A DNA stretch of 64,000 bases, from assembly GCA_028534125.1 (NCBI GenBank), contig CM052816.1, positions 43,216,001 to 43,280,000 of the forward strand. Direction: 5' to 3'. The stretch comes from Lama glama (lineage: Eukaryota). Numbering within the stretch: position 1 is the stretch's first letter; each line of letters begins with the position of its first letter. The position numbers and the translations under genes are program-made. Positions 37,241 to 50,680 of the stretch are shown here, one piece after another. The notes under the pieces are model-generated. The model did no database searches. It was not told the origin of the DNA and saw only the letters and a list, made by a program, of their open reading frames with translations.

Positions 37241-38025
37241 AGGGAGTGAAAGAGTATAGAAAAGAAGAAGTCCTTCAAATAACTTACAGATCAAAGGATA
37301 AATCTAGAAAATACTTAGACTGGAGCCATAATGAAAATACAAGAACTTTTTGGTACAGCTAGATGACTAAACCGAGAAATTCATATCCTTAAATGTTTAT
37401 ATTAAAAAAAGAGTAAATGCTAAAAATTAATGAATTTTTAAATTAAAAAATTAGATATGAAATTAAAATATATTTAAAAATCAAGTTAATATAGTGATTA
37501 TTATATAGGTATGTAAAGTAATTAGGTGCTTTGTAAATATTTGGTAAATTTACTTCATTTCAAACTTCTTGAATCTTACCAAGCAGATCTTGCATTGTAC
37601 CGTATAAGAAGGAAAAAAAAAAAAACCTGCTTTTGCACATCAAGAGGGGTGAATATAAAGCAATAAATCCTTTCATTTTTGACAGTTAAATCTGTACATT
37701 TTGGTAAGATTTTGTTTCTTTATCTAAAGCAGCGTTGCTTGGCTCCCAATGAATTTGGGGGCAAAGTAAATTTATTACCCTATTTGTCCTTGTCTTGTTT
37801 TGCCAGAATTGTAAATATATACCTATGATAATATTCTTAATAATGCAACTGATTAAATAATTTTCCACTTCTGTGAGGCACCCAATCAAACATAGAAATT
37901 TTATAAGTCTAAAAAAAAATAAGCAAAAATAATACCCAATTTTTAATGTCAATTGAAATTTGTTTCATTAATGTCTTTATTCACCAGAATTATAACAAAT
38001 AAAATGAAAAAGAATTCTGGCCACA

Positions 38026-38640
38026 TTTTTTAAATTGAAGTGAAATTTACATAACATAAAATTCACCATTGTAACCAGTTTAAAGTGTACAATTCAGTGA
38101 CTTACAGTGCATTCACAGTTTTGTGCCACCATCACCACACTAATTCCAGAATATTTTCATCACTCCAGAGAGACACCCCATACCCATTAACAGTCACTAT
38201 CCATTCATCCTTCCCCCCAGCCCCTGGCAACCACTAATCTGCTTTGTGTTTCTGTGGATTTGCCTATTCTGGACATTTCATATTCAAAAGCATCATATAA
38301 TATGTGGTTTCTTGTGTCTGGCTTCTTTCATTTAGCTTAATATTTCCAAGGTTCATCCATGTTGTAACATGGATCTATTCTTCATCCCTTTTTATTGCTG
38401 AATAATATTCTATTGTATGAATATACCACATTTTATTTATCCATTCATCAATCAATGGACATTTGGATTTTTTCCACTTTTTTAACTATTATAAATAGTG
38501 CTGCTTTGAACATTTATGTACAAGTTTTTGTTTGAACATCTGTGTTCAATTCTCTTGGTTATATACCTAGGAGTCAGTCAAATTCTTGCCTCAGAAAGTA
38601 ATTCTGTTTAACTTTTTGAGGAATCACCAAACTGTTTTTC
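38026..38640 (-). mobile_element. 5'-truncated L1MB-like insertion with ~16-bp TSD TTCTGGYCACATTTTT
   Basis: Antisense L1 3' end (aattgaagtgaaatttacataacataaaattcacc...). TSD copies at 38015-38030 and 38638-38653, one mismatch. Confidence 0.9.
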
Positions 38641-40789
38641 TGGTCACATTTTTAATATAAAGTTTTAAAGCCAGTTTGTAGGAAGAGGACCCTATTAATT
38701 GAAAACTTCTGAGCCCCTCAGAAGTTTAGCAGTAATCTCAATTACAAAGTTATTTGAGTTCAAGTCTCTCTTTTTTCTTTACTAAGCATTTCTCTGCCAG
38801 TTTCATTGAGTTTTCACTGGAGGGCTTTTGTTCTGTGTTCTCTGACCAGTAGTTGCTTAAGTGAAGAATAATATGTGGGTGGGGGGAGGGCTACTAGAGT
38901 TTGAGCCTTTGAAATATATTTTTTTCCTAATTTTTATCTTCAGTTAAAGAGGACAAATGCTTTACCCTACAATTTAGAAGCATAATATCTGGAAGTTTCA
39001 GACCCTAATCTGATGTGCCTTAAAATAGTTATAAATTAGGGTGGTGTCTTCCAAGTGCTCACTGTTTTAAATTTTCTAGTGTGTCCCTGAAAAAAGATCA
39101 ACAAATCTCCATTAGAATCCATGCCAAAGTATTTCTCAACAACTGCTAGCCCTCTATATTTAAAATGTTTGCATTATTTAAATTTCTGAGAAGTTTGAGA
39201 CTTTCTTGAGAAATTAAAATATTGGACCTTTAAAAATACTAAATGCTTTACATGTATGCTTTGAGGTTTTGGCCTATGGTTAGCTTCCCCCATGGAGCTG
39301 AAGTATTTTGTACTTGGAGTTAAGCCAAGTCTCCAACTTGCATGCATTCAACTTATGTTGCATGCATCCAAGTCCTGGCATTTGAATGGTCTTTTTCCTT
39401 CATCTGAATACTTTCTAACTTGAAGAAAAAATAACACTTTCCATTTAAAACTTGCCTCTCTCCCCTCCTTCCCTCCTTCACCCATAAGCAGATATCATCA
39501 TATTATGTACCTGCAGTGCTGTGAGAAGGGAGTGCATCTGGATATCTTCTGACTCAGAAGGATCACCCTTAAGTACCCTCAGCCCTGGGGATGCATGGAG
39601 AGCTGCAGGGAGTTCCTTAAACCCTTTACAATTCTGGGTTGAATTGGAGTTACAGAGAGAGAATTATAGCTTTTATCGTATTCCCAAAGGGGTATAGGGT
39701 CCCCCCAAAGTGAAGATCTGCTGGTTCTAACAATGACTTGGAGAGAAAAAGGGACACATTTCTTGTGGTGCCGTGCCACATGGGATGGTGTGTGATTGAG
39801 TTATGAGTATATTTTCAGTTAGGCTTTCAACTGCAGAGTCAAAGTAAGACCAGTGCTAGGGGCATGACAAAGAATCAGTGATGCTGAGTTTGTCAGGCCA
39901 CTGCAAGTCACACTGCTCACTTGGGCAGAAATAATAGAACCATGTTCTCTCTTTTGCATACCGTCTTTTCTTATCATCTCATACTTCTAGTCCTTTCTGT
40001 TTTTAGAAATAGAAATAGACTTTTGAGAAAACTCATCATTCTCTTTAATATTTTGTTAATCTTCAGTTGTATGCGTGTCCCCTAGCAGGTGCCCTTCACC
40101 TTCCTTATTTTGTGGGCATTGCTACAGTAAGACACCACTGAAAATGGAAGACTAGCTCAGCTTACTGCTTCTGGACCTTAGGATCCCTTCCAAAGCTCAC
40201 CTGCTTTGGAACCCCAGAGTAACCGCTAGACCTCAGGGGTTTCAGTGGAAGGCCTAGTGGAGCTGCTGGCAGAGAGCTGTTTTCAAGGGTAGATCAAGAG
40301 TGGGTGCTTATGAAGTTGAAGGTGGTTTCTCGGAATGGATTAGGAGGGTGGGAATGTTCAGGCACTGAGGGCAGCCGACCACTTACAGATGGAACAGCCA
40401 TTGTGACATCCAGGGGAAGAGTAGTGCTTCTGTCCTGCCAGAACGCAGCCTCGCCTTCTACCCTGACGTCTCTGATTCCTCTCTCGCCTCTGGAGTATCT
40501 TCTCCAGTCTATTTGATCAAATCGTTCCTGTCTTTCAAATAGTTTTACCTTCCATCTGCCTCAGTGATTCCCCAAAACCACGTGTGATCTCATCTAAACC
40601 CCTTTTTTCAGTTTCAGTTTCTGCTCTGTCATTATGAGCAGATTTCACTTCTCTGAGTCTATTCACAGAAGAGAATCTTAAGGGAAGAAAAAATAGGACT
40701 AATAAACAGGAAGCATTGTTCGGTTATTGTTTTTGTTTTTGTTTTTGTTTTTTTCCTGAGTGAGGAGAAGAAGGGAGCCAGCCGTGTTC

Positions 40790-40960
40790 CCGCACCAGCT
40801 GCGTGCCCTTCACTTTAAGTGCCCCGCCTCTCTGCCACTCCCGGTACTTCTCTGCAGGGAGCGTTACAATCTTGTTCCAGATGAACAAGCTGAGGTTACA
40901 TAGTCTGTAAAGACAAGAGTTGGGATTCTAACCCAGATCTAGCTGTTCTGAACCGCTGCT
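40790..40960 (-). mobile_element. MIR SINE
   Basis: ccagatgaacaagctgaggtt...agttgggattctaacccagatct resembles the antisense MIR core. Confidence 0.55.
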
Positions 40961-41644
40961 TCCCTTAACACCAACCAGGGAGCAGCAGCACCAGAGATGG
41001 TTCCCAAAGGTTTATGGTGGCAGCAGCCTGGTGGAAGAGGGCCGGTGGGATTTGTTTTCGAGCTGCATTGAATAGTTACAAGTATATTGTGTATGTATTT
41101 AGGGTAATTTGGGAGAAGGCTAATAGAATTTCTGAGGAGGCTGAAGTCCCTGCACATTTGCAAACTATTTTTTGGTGCTTCCACTGAAGGACTATATAGG
41201 AGTGATTAGAGTAGAAATGAAATAAACAACTGATAAGTGGATAATTTTTAATTTCTATTTTTTGCTTGTATTATTGATGTTTTCCTTTATTCCAGTGAAA
41301 TGACACAAGTAAAACTTAGAGAATTTATTACCATTTTAACATGGTGGAAGGTAGAGCAAAGACATGGAGAAAAAATCCAGGGGGAAGGATTTATAATTGA
41401 ATGATGAAATGGTTAAAATAAACTAGAAAATACTCTTAAACTCTGACAAAAATATATACAATCGATATGAGTCCAAATCCCCTTGGATACTTACACCTAG
41501 AAATCCTGAGAAAGAAAAGGAACATACTGAGAAGGAAGCCTTGGAACAGCGCCTCACTGAGAAGTAAGAGGATCAAGTCCTTCCCTACTCTTTACCCCTA
41601 CCCAACCAAACTCCCTTCCATCAGCAGTTCAGGCTCCTCTTTCC

Positions 41645-41820
41645 TTCATTCATTCAAAAAATATTTATATTTTTTATTCTATATATCCTTCCCCTATATA
41701 TCAGACACTAGCCTAGATGTCAGGGATTTGGCAGTGAGAGGACAAACAAAATTCCTATTGCATAGAGCTTAAATTTCAAAAGAGAAAATAGATAATAAAT
41801 AGACAAATTATATATATATA

Positions 41821-41877
<57 letters not shown>

Positions 41878-41990
41878 AAAAGCCATAATGGTGTTAGGAT
41901 TAAAAAGTAAGTAAGTTAAAGGGTGAGAGAATGGCTGGTGGGGGCACAGTGGCATATTTTAGACAGGGTTGTCAAGAAAGACCTCTGACA
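41645..41990 (-). mobile_element. L2 fragment interrupted by a microsatellite
   Basis: ttcattcattcaaaaaatatttat...cagacactagcctagatgtcagggat...cctattgcatagagctt. Confidence 0.65.
41809..41877. repeat. Compound (TA)n(TG)4(TA)n microsatellite
   Basis: Directly visible dinucleotide run. Confidence 0.97.
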
Positions 41991-44900
41991 AGCTACTCGG
42001 GCTGTCTGTGAAACTTTGGGGAGCTCAGCTCAGTCTTTTCATACATAAATGAGAGCCTTGCTAGGTGGTCGCTAAACAGCTGCACAATTCGGTGCTTTCT
42101 TTTAAGCAACATATCTTTGGGTCACACAATCTTTTGTGTGTATGTTATGGTCTTTGTTGTCCATTGATCTCAAAATGTAGTAAGAATGTCCATTGATTTC
42201 CAAGCTTAATTCTATTTTACATTTGGGGAATTTAAACTGAAGTTAAATGCCTTCCCAAAGGTTGCATAATAGTAAAATAAGGATTAGAGCTCTCAATTCC
42301 TGCCGTTCTCAGTCTGAAAATTCTGCCATACTATGTGATATAATAAGAAGTGGAATTGAAATGTCAGAGCAGTTCAGAGTAGATTTAAGATGTGTAAGCC
42401 ATGAAAGACTTAAAATATTTACAAATAAGGAATTGGATAAGTATATCCCACTGCAGTCATTTATGTCAGGCAAGAAAGCCATGTGATATGCTTTAAACCA
42501 GTAAAATAGCAAACCTCCTCCAAGAAAATCTATAATTTTAATCAAAAGTTTGTTTCAGTCATTGAAATTCTGTTATTGCTGCTTACAAACATTAAAGTCA
42601 ATCAAAACATCAGTAGCTTTGCAAGATCAATATTTTTAATATGTTTGCATTGCAGTACTGCAGATTTTTGGCTAACAGATCGCACCCATATTGATTTCCA
42701 TGGGAAATGTTAGTCTGATACTGAAATAATTAAAAAACACACACACACAGGGATTATTGGTTTGGAATTTCAAAAGAGATAGAAGTATAAAAATTGGTTA
42801 TTGACCAAATTGCTTGGGGTGAGTGAACCTTGGGCACTTGCAATAAACTTGTAGCACTCAGTCATTACTGAATACTACCTTAGTCCCTTAAACTGGAAAT
42901 CAATCAATAACCTATTATAACAATGCAAATTGTGATGAAATAGCATACTAGACATGTAAGAGTCACATTTTATCAAAATAGATATGCATAAGCATGTGTA
43001 TGTGCATGTTGAAAAAGTCTACTGAAATACAGTGACTGATTTTTGACTTCGAGATTTCTGATGATGATAGTTTGAGTAGCATTTTTAAAGAGGTAAACTG
43101 CTACAAAATAAAAGTAAAAGGAAGCGTACAATTATTCTATGAACAATAATGTAAAGTGCAGACACTCCAACATGTCAAATGACAGATTCTGTTATTTGAT
43201 TCAGAGCGAGATTACTGTTGTTACTGTGTTCTCAAAGCATTGGAATAATGTATGCAAGCATTAGATTAGTTACAAACATACTCCCCACAATATGAATCTA
43301 ATGCACATTACATTTCCCTTGTTTTTTAGCCTTTCCTTAGGAGAGCCATATTTTCATCTAGAAAGTTTACTCTGTTTTCATTTGGTTACTATTATAAATT
43401 TATGAACTCTTTATCTCTCAAAGGCAGTCTAGTGTTTTAGAGAGAGAGAACTTTTTTTAATGTTTCAAGATAACGTTCAGACCAGTATAATAGTACTTAG
43501 AAGCAGTTATATATTTTGTTATATATTTCTGTTCACTTAATTTTTAAAATTGTGTTATTTTTATATTATGGAAACATTTATTTTCTTTAAGAGGAATATG
43601 GAATTAAAAGCTAAACTAAAAATTTGTCATCACAACTGTTAAATTTTGCCTGTCTTTGTAAGTCTGGTCAATATTTTTCTTTGATAGTAAGTTGAGCTCT
43701 CTTTATAAATAGAGAATTGATCATGATTCTTTACACTACATGAGACGTTAACACTCATATAATAGTACTGTTTAATCACTATTTTTGGCAAATTTCTTTC
43801 ATCCTATTGACTTCTTTTTATGTTTTTTCATTATTACTAGCATTACTCTCAAATTCAGCTGAAAAAATATTTTTTCTTCCTATTCTTTTTAAAACATATA
43901 CCTTAATGTGACTGTTTCCAAATATTCTGTATCTCCCCCATCAGGTAAGCTGTTAGGACATTCCATTTTGATGGATCCATCCTCAGAATGATTTATGAGA
44001 CATGAAGCTTCACTGTTATCTAGTGTTACGTACATGCCTGAAAACAACCAGGTTGTACAGTAAAGATGTTTACATGTAAGCTATATAAATATCCATACAG
44101 TTTTTGCTAAATCTTTCAATGGCTTTCTCTTACAGATATTATAGAAAAGTATCCGTGATCTTAAAAGTGATAGGATTCTAATTCCCTTGCCTGCCGTTTC
44201 CACATTTTCACATACATTTGCTTTTCCTGTTGTTTATGTCTGTCTAAGAATTCCAACCAAAATTTGTGTTACTTATTGTTAGAGGATGTTGTTTCCTCGA
44301 CAGGTAGGATTTGTACAGTCCCCAGTTAGAATTTCCAGTTGTCTAACTAGTCAAGTAGCTGAGCATGATGAAGATGGGAAATAATCAGGTCTTAGAAATT
44401 CAGCAGAGCAAATATGCAGTTCTACAAGGCTACACAGCACAATCCCACATCCACGTGTGCCTCTGCTCAGAGCTCATCTGGGTGTTTTAGCTAGGTCAGT
44501 AATGTGATTTCTACTCAGGACAGTTACCATCTGGCAACTTTCTGGGAGCCTGGAAGAAGTCATGTAATTTGTGATTTGGTCTAGAACATCTCTAATGTTT
44601 TTACCAACTCTAGGCAAGAGCCATGCCAGCTTCTCTCAGTGAAGGCAGTATCTGAGAGCAGGGCTGAGGCTCTAGAGGACAGATTTTTTTTAATTGATTT
44701 ATGGACCCTGGACATCGGACAAAATCTGTTGCACTCAATAGACCACAGTAAGATTTAAAGATGTCGTTCTCTATTTATTGAGAATGTCAGAAGACAAGGG
44801 AGAGAGGATTCCAAAGAGCTGGCTCCTAATGCAGACTTTTGTATTAATGGACTAGTGAATACCAGTGTCAGTAGTTCATAACATAGTATGAACACAATGA

Positions 44901-45084
44901 TCGGATTTTAATTTTCAAACAAATCAGACTTCCTACATTCTAGATCATGCTGATAAAAAAGTCATTCTGGAATCAAGGTATTCAGATAGTCCATACCAAG
45001 CCTTACCTCCAAGCAGCTAGGACATGCCTGGAGGTCTTTATTCACTAACAAATTATTGCACAAGCATGCTGCTCAACGAGTATG

Positions 45085-45282
45085 TAGGACAGTGGCTCAG
45101 AGCACAAACTCTGGAGCCATACCGCCTGAGTTCATATCCTTGCTCTGACACTTTCTATCTCCGTCACCTTAGACAGGTTGCCTTACTGCTCAGTGCTCTC
45201 ATTCCTTCACTTAGAAAATGATAGTAATAATGGGGTTGGCCTCATATGGCGTTGTGAGGATTAAACACATGTGAAGCGCTTA
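45085..45282 (+). mobile_element. MIR SINE
   Basis: cagtggctcagagcacaaactctggagcca...cctgagttcatatccttgctctgacactt...cctcatatggcgttgtgaggattaaa. Confidence 0.8.
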
Positions 45283-45449
45283 TTTCTTGATTCTATGTAC
45301 AATCTAATGTCTATGCTGTTGGAAGCAGAAATGAAAGACCTTAATCTCTAGTAGTTTTCTCTCTAAAATCGCATCTTCTGTAATCTAGGTGACGTGTTTC
45401 TATTCTCTGCGCCCAAGGCACCCCCTGCCATAGGGTGTATTACTATATA

Positions 45450-46072
45450 GTATCTATTTACATGTCTGTCCCACATCCATTAAACTGTAAGCTTCCTGAA
45501 GACAAAAACTGTGTCTGTCTTTTTATCATTATTCCTTCAATGCCTTGCATATACTTTATACTCTATAAATAATTATTAGATCAGTGTTAAATAGAATATG
45601 ATTTTAAAAAGTATCACAAATATTGGAGTATTCTTCTATAGAGTTTTGTTCTGACTACATTAGTTTCCTGTTTTCATCAGAGACTGACATGCAGAGAATG
45701 ATTGATTGTGGCTTCTTTGCACTGGCCTCTGCCTGGAATGTTCTACCCTTAAATATCCACCAGGGTCACCTCCTCATCTCTTTCAGGTCTTTGTTCAAAC
45801 ATCACCTTCTGAATAATTTCTATCCTGACTACTTTATTTAAAATCACATCTCTGCCTCTTCTCTGCGTTGTTTTGTTTTTCTGTAACATTTACGGCAGTC
45901 CAACCCCCTGTGTATTTGGGTGATTTGTTATGTTTACGATTTGTTATTGGCCTCTCCAGCCTGCCTCACTGGAATGTGAACTTTGTTAGTTTTTCTCAGA
46001 AACATCTGCAAGAGGGCCTGGCACAAATCAGGCAGGCACGTTAAAAATATCTTTTGAATTAATTAATAAATT
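45450..46072 (+). mobile_element. Two L2 3' fragments
   Basis: aaactgtaagcttcctgaagacaaaaactgtgtctg (~45480-45520); ctctgcctggaatgttct...cctggcacaaatcaggcaggcacgttaaaaatatc (~45725-46070). Confidence 0.7.
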
Positions 46073-49000
46073 GAGTGTATTGGGGCTGCCAGTGTAGAAA
46101 TACATGAAAGCAAAATTACTGTTAAAGGATAATCAAAAAGAATTAGAAACAGGAAACCTGGGATCCAACTTGAGATGAGTCATGTATAGTTTATGACTGT
46201 GCTGAACACACACACTTCACCTCCCTGAGCCCTTGAACCCAGCCTCCAAATTCTGAAAATCATCCTTACCAAGATAGTCCTCCAAGGCTCACTCTGAGGA
46301 ATGTATTGCAAGTTACTGTATAAAATATTATATATATGAGATTATGTCTCTAAATAATATGGGATCCTCGTCTTAGAGGCATTTTTTTAAATGGTTAAAC
46401 CATTTTAAAAAGAAGCAAACTGCTTCCTTCAGTATGTGGATGTGAACTTCCCATAGAACATGAATGCAGACTCTCTGCAAGGTCTTAATTAAGAGAAATT
46501 AAAATACCTGTATTAAGATATGTTTCATTCTACCAACTTAGTAGGGGTTTTACTTCCCCCTCAAAATTTTTTTACATAAAACAGCATAAAATGCTACCTT
46601 GTACCAATGTTATTAGGGAAAATGTGCCTTGCTGAAGTGGTAAGAAACAATGTGATCTGTAAATTCCCTGCATTATTTTGGTTTAAAATTTTTTTTCATT
46701 AAGATTAAACTTTACCTAAGGTGATTAATTGTTTGAATTCATTATGGAGGTATCACACAAACACAAAATTGAACAAGAAAATTATATAGCTAGTGGAAAG
46801 AATTTGTATGTGCGACATTTCTTAAAGAATATAAAAGCTCCAGATCATACATGAGGTGAGATTTTCATTCAGCTTGCTGTTTGCAGGATTATTTACCTAC
46901 TTAAATAATAGTGTCATAAAATGATTTAAGTAAGCATCTGTTAATAAGATGGGAAGTTTTAAACAAAAGATTTAAAGAAAGTAAGTGATTGGCTACTCGA
47001 ATGGGCAAAAGAGAGAGGTGTTACGTACCAAAACAAGGTAACTCCCCAGTGTTTGCAAAGGGGAGAGATACACAAAGTATCAAAACCCAAGAGAAAAGCA
47101 GATAAATGAGAGGCCCAGTGGTCACGAGGACAGATGAGGTGGTGCTTTCACTTACTATGTTTTGAGAGGAGAACAGGTGTAAAGATGAATAAGAACTAAA
47201 TAAATGTGAACATGGAGAGATGGAGTATCCTTTTTCTCAACGTGACAGGAAGATCTAGCCAAACTTGTCTTCTTAAATGAGAAAAAGTAACATAGAGGAG
47301 AGCTGTGTGCAGTTGTAGGCATTGCAGTATTTCTGATTCATATTTTCCCACCAAAACAAAATCTCTCCTTTTTCTCACCACTGCACCCCCATATTAGTCT
47401 CTTTCTGACCAGTGGTAAATTTAAATATTATCTAGAATGAGTAACATATTGAAATAATAACACCCCCACCCATGCAACAGTGATTATTAGGCATTTACTG
47501 CATAGGCAGAATATTCTGCTCTTAGTAGAATAAAGGACAGTAGGAAGGAGATAAAAATTCATTAACTTAATAATCCAAGGAGAAAGGGATAAGGATCACA
47601 AGGGAGATATTGATTTAAATAATAGAGAAATCTGGAAGAAGGGGTGATTTTGTCTAATTACAAGATCCAACAAGACATTCGGGCATTGAGAGGAGAGGTC
47701 CATTAAGCTGAACCTGGAAAGACAGGGAGGATTTGAAGATTCATAGAAGGGAAGAATACTTCAACTAGGCCTGTCAACATGAGCAGGGACTTAGGAGTAT
47801 AGAATATGTCACACAAGCATTGACAGTAGCAAGAAGAGAGTTTGGTAGACACATCATGAGAGTCAATGGAAGATAAAGTTATAAATTAAGTGGGAATGAG
47901 ATGACAGAGGACATTAAATGATAGACTAATGAGGGGAAGGTATATATTCTTTTCTTTAAGCCCTGAGGAGCAAAGGTTTTTAAGTGAGGACATGAACTAT
48001 CAAAGCTCTGCTTCAGAAAGATTGATCTAACAGCTATGAGTGAAATATATTGAGAAGGAAAGTCTAAAGATGGGAGAAAATGCAGTTTAAAGGCCATTTT
48101 TGTAGTCCCTGCGAAAGGTAATAAAGCCTAAATGCCCATAATGAGAGTGGAGATGAAGAGAGGGGTTAGAATCCACAGACTTTCAGAAATAGAATCCATG
48201 TGACTTGGCCGTGAGTGTCATCTTGAGTTTTTTCTTCAAGCAGGTCAGTCAGCTGTTTAGTGAAATCGCTGTAAGAATGGAGCACAAGGAAGTTTTAATG
48301 GAGGTTCAGGAAGGATTTCATGCACAGGAATGCCTGCAAGTCAGGATACTGCAGTGATAGACCAAAAACAGCTTTAAGACACTGGATGTTAGAGGGGTTG
48401 ATAGAGAAGAAGGCATAGAAGTTGAGACTTGAAATTAAACTCCTTGCATTCAAACATTACAGATTGTTAAGTTATTTCGGGATTCAGACAATCTTGCCCT
48501 TTTCTAAGATTACCAAGCCTTTAGAATACTTTCCTCTGGAAGCAAATGATTGATTTTGCAGAACAAAGTTATCCCAGAGCTGTAGTCGGGAGGAGGTGGC
48601 ATAGATTGAGAGATGGTTAAATGGAGATAATCTGATTTTGTTGGGGAATGTATAGAGTAGATACCAGACCAGGTCCTGGCAGTGCCTTCTGATTGGATAC
48701 CACAATGACTACATTTCAACTATGTCCATTTAGTAATGAGTGCTGCAAATCGCAGTCTGTGCATCACTACAAAATACCATTCTGATATGTTTCCACTTAC
48801 TTTTTGACTGCGTGTTCCACTCCAACTTGTCTTTCTTAGGAAGTTAAGCATAATTTAGTCTATTTGTCTTTTACACAGTAGTTTTATATCCCCTGCAGAA
48901 ATAAGCACGTTGAAAGAAGAATAGGGTTTTTGAATAGCCTCCTCAAACATCTATTGTTTTTTATGATGATTTTGAAACTTAAGAGAAAAAAAAAAAGCAT

Positions 49001-49121
49001 TAAGTCAAGAAAAAAGTAAGGCTGTTACATTGGCTTTGGGGAAGCAGTGTTCTCTAATAGCCCAAACCACTTCCAAGGAATGCTCAAAAAGCCTTCAAAA
49101 CATTATGCAAAGGCGTGGTTT

Positions 49122-49240
49122 GGTTTGTTCATTTGTTTTTTTGTTGTATGTGTGTGTTTTTAATGGAGGTACTGGGGATTGAACCTAGGACCTCGTGCGT
49201 GCTGGGCATGCGCTCTGCCACTGAGCTACACCCTTCCCCC
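49122..49240 (-). mobile_element. tRNA-Ala-derived SINE, Vic-1 type (camelid)
   Basis: Reverse complement GGGAAGGGTGTAGCTCAGTGGCAGAGCGCATGCCCAGCACGCACGAGGTCCTAGGTTCAATCCCCAGTACCTCCA plus A/AC-rich tail. Pol III A box (TAGCTCAGTGG) and B box (GGTTCAATCC). Approximate TSD aaggc(g/t)tgg at ~49110 and ~49241. Confidence 0.85.
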
Positions 49241-49254
49241 AAGGCTTGGGTTTA

Positions 49255-49835
49255 TATCAGTTTTAGTGTTCTAATGATCTGTTTGTGCATAACAAACATA
49301 CAGGCCAAAAACATAGCGGCCTAAAACAACAACCTGTTATTATCTTTCATAGTTCCATAGGTTGACTGAGCTCAGCTGGGATGTTCTTGCCAGGGATCTC
49401 TCAGATGGTTATAGTCAAATTCTGGTTGGGGCTGGAGTCATCTGAAAGGTCATCCAAAGTGACTCATGCACAAGGCTGTCAGGTGATGCTAGACTGGCTG
49501 GGAATTCAGCTGGGGCTGTCTACTGGAGCACCACACATGACCTTTCCATGTATGTTGGGCTTCCTCCAGCATGTTCTAGGTTCTAAGAAGGAACATTCAA
49601 AGAGCAAGTGAGTACTCCAAGAGTCTCAGACAGCTCCAAGGCTTATGATCTAGCCTCAAAAGTCAGATAGCATCACTTCCACCATATTCTGTGTTCAAAC
49701 AGAAAGCTATGAGGCCAGCCCAAATTCGACAGGAGGAGCCTATACAAAGGCATTCATGTCATGAAGCGTGGTGCATGGTGAGGATGAGTGGGGTGGAGGA
49801 GAGGAAGTACCTGTCTTTGGGGACTAGCTATCATA
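49255..49835 (-). mobile_element. Old MaLR LTR (MLT1F/G/H-like)
   Basis: gcataacaaac...taaaacaacaac...ttattatctttcatagttcc...gactgagctcagctggg...gggctggagtcatctgaagg-like...catcacttccaccatattct. Confidence 0.7.
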
Positions 49836-50273
49836 TACAGTAAAACAATAAAGCAGCATTACCAGGGGGAAAATAGACCAGTATCCCCTATGTAAGGTAT
49901 TACTGAATGATGTTTCTGCTGATGGTGAAGTTGATGATCCCCATTTACTCCCTTCCTTTGGAGAAATTCTAGATCTCTTTTCCTAGTTCCATGTCTTTAA
50001 GCATTCTCAGACCCCTTATCACTAGACCTAAAAGTTTTCAAAGGTGTCCAGACATGGTAACATATGAAATATTTCTCATATTGCATTGTTTCTTCTTATC
50101 TCTTTGCCTCTGGTTCTTCCACAAGAGTCAGCATAGGCAAGGTACAATTTTATCTTCTAGATTTATTCAGCTAACATTAACTTAAGTGCTATGTACTTGT
50201 CACAGGAGACACAAAGAAGCATAAGCCAGTTTCTGCTCTTAAAGGACAAACCAGCCAAAAGAAGAAAACTGCC

Positions 50274-50680
50274 TATATTAGTTAAGGTAAAGCTAAGCTG
50301 CTCTTAAAAAAAAAAAAGACCCCAGATACATAGAGAATATAGACGTTTATTTCTCTCACACGTAATAGTCCAAGGTGGGCATTCCAGGTAAGTGGATGGC
50401 ACTGCCCCACACAGCCAGGTTCAGGGACCAGGTTCCTTCTGTCTTGGTTCTTGACCATCACCTAGGCAGAATTGTCATCTGCCTGGTCACAGCTGGGATG
50501 CAGGTTCATCAGTGTTCTAGAACCCAGGAAGGGAGGATAAGAACAGAGAGGAGTCATACCTACTTCTGTAAGGCACTGGCCAGAAATGACACAGATCAAT
50601 CCCACACTTATTACATTGTGAAGAATGTAGTCAAATGGCCACACCTGACTGCAAAGAAGGCTGGGAAATGTAATGTATTG
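50274..50680 (-). mobile_element. Old MaLR LTR (MLT1I/J-like)
   Basis: tttatttctctcacacgtaa...gggaccaggttccttctgtcttg...tagtcaaatggccacacctgactgcaaagaaggctgggaaatgta. Confidence 0.7.

Noticed and set aside
42919..42930. AACAATGCAAAT: overlapping SOX and octamer motif (another ATGCAAAT at 54724)
   Set aside because: Not the canonical SOX-OCT spacing. A few octamers are expected by chance in 64 kb of AT-rich DNA.
49164..49240. Possible tRNA-Ala gene
   Set aside because: Has an A/AC-rich tail and TSD-like flanks, and the acceptor stem is imperfect. It is a SINE.
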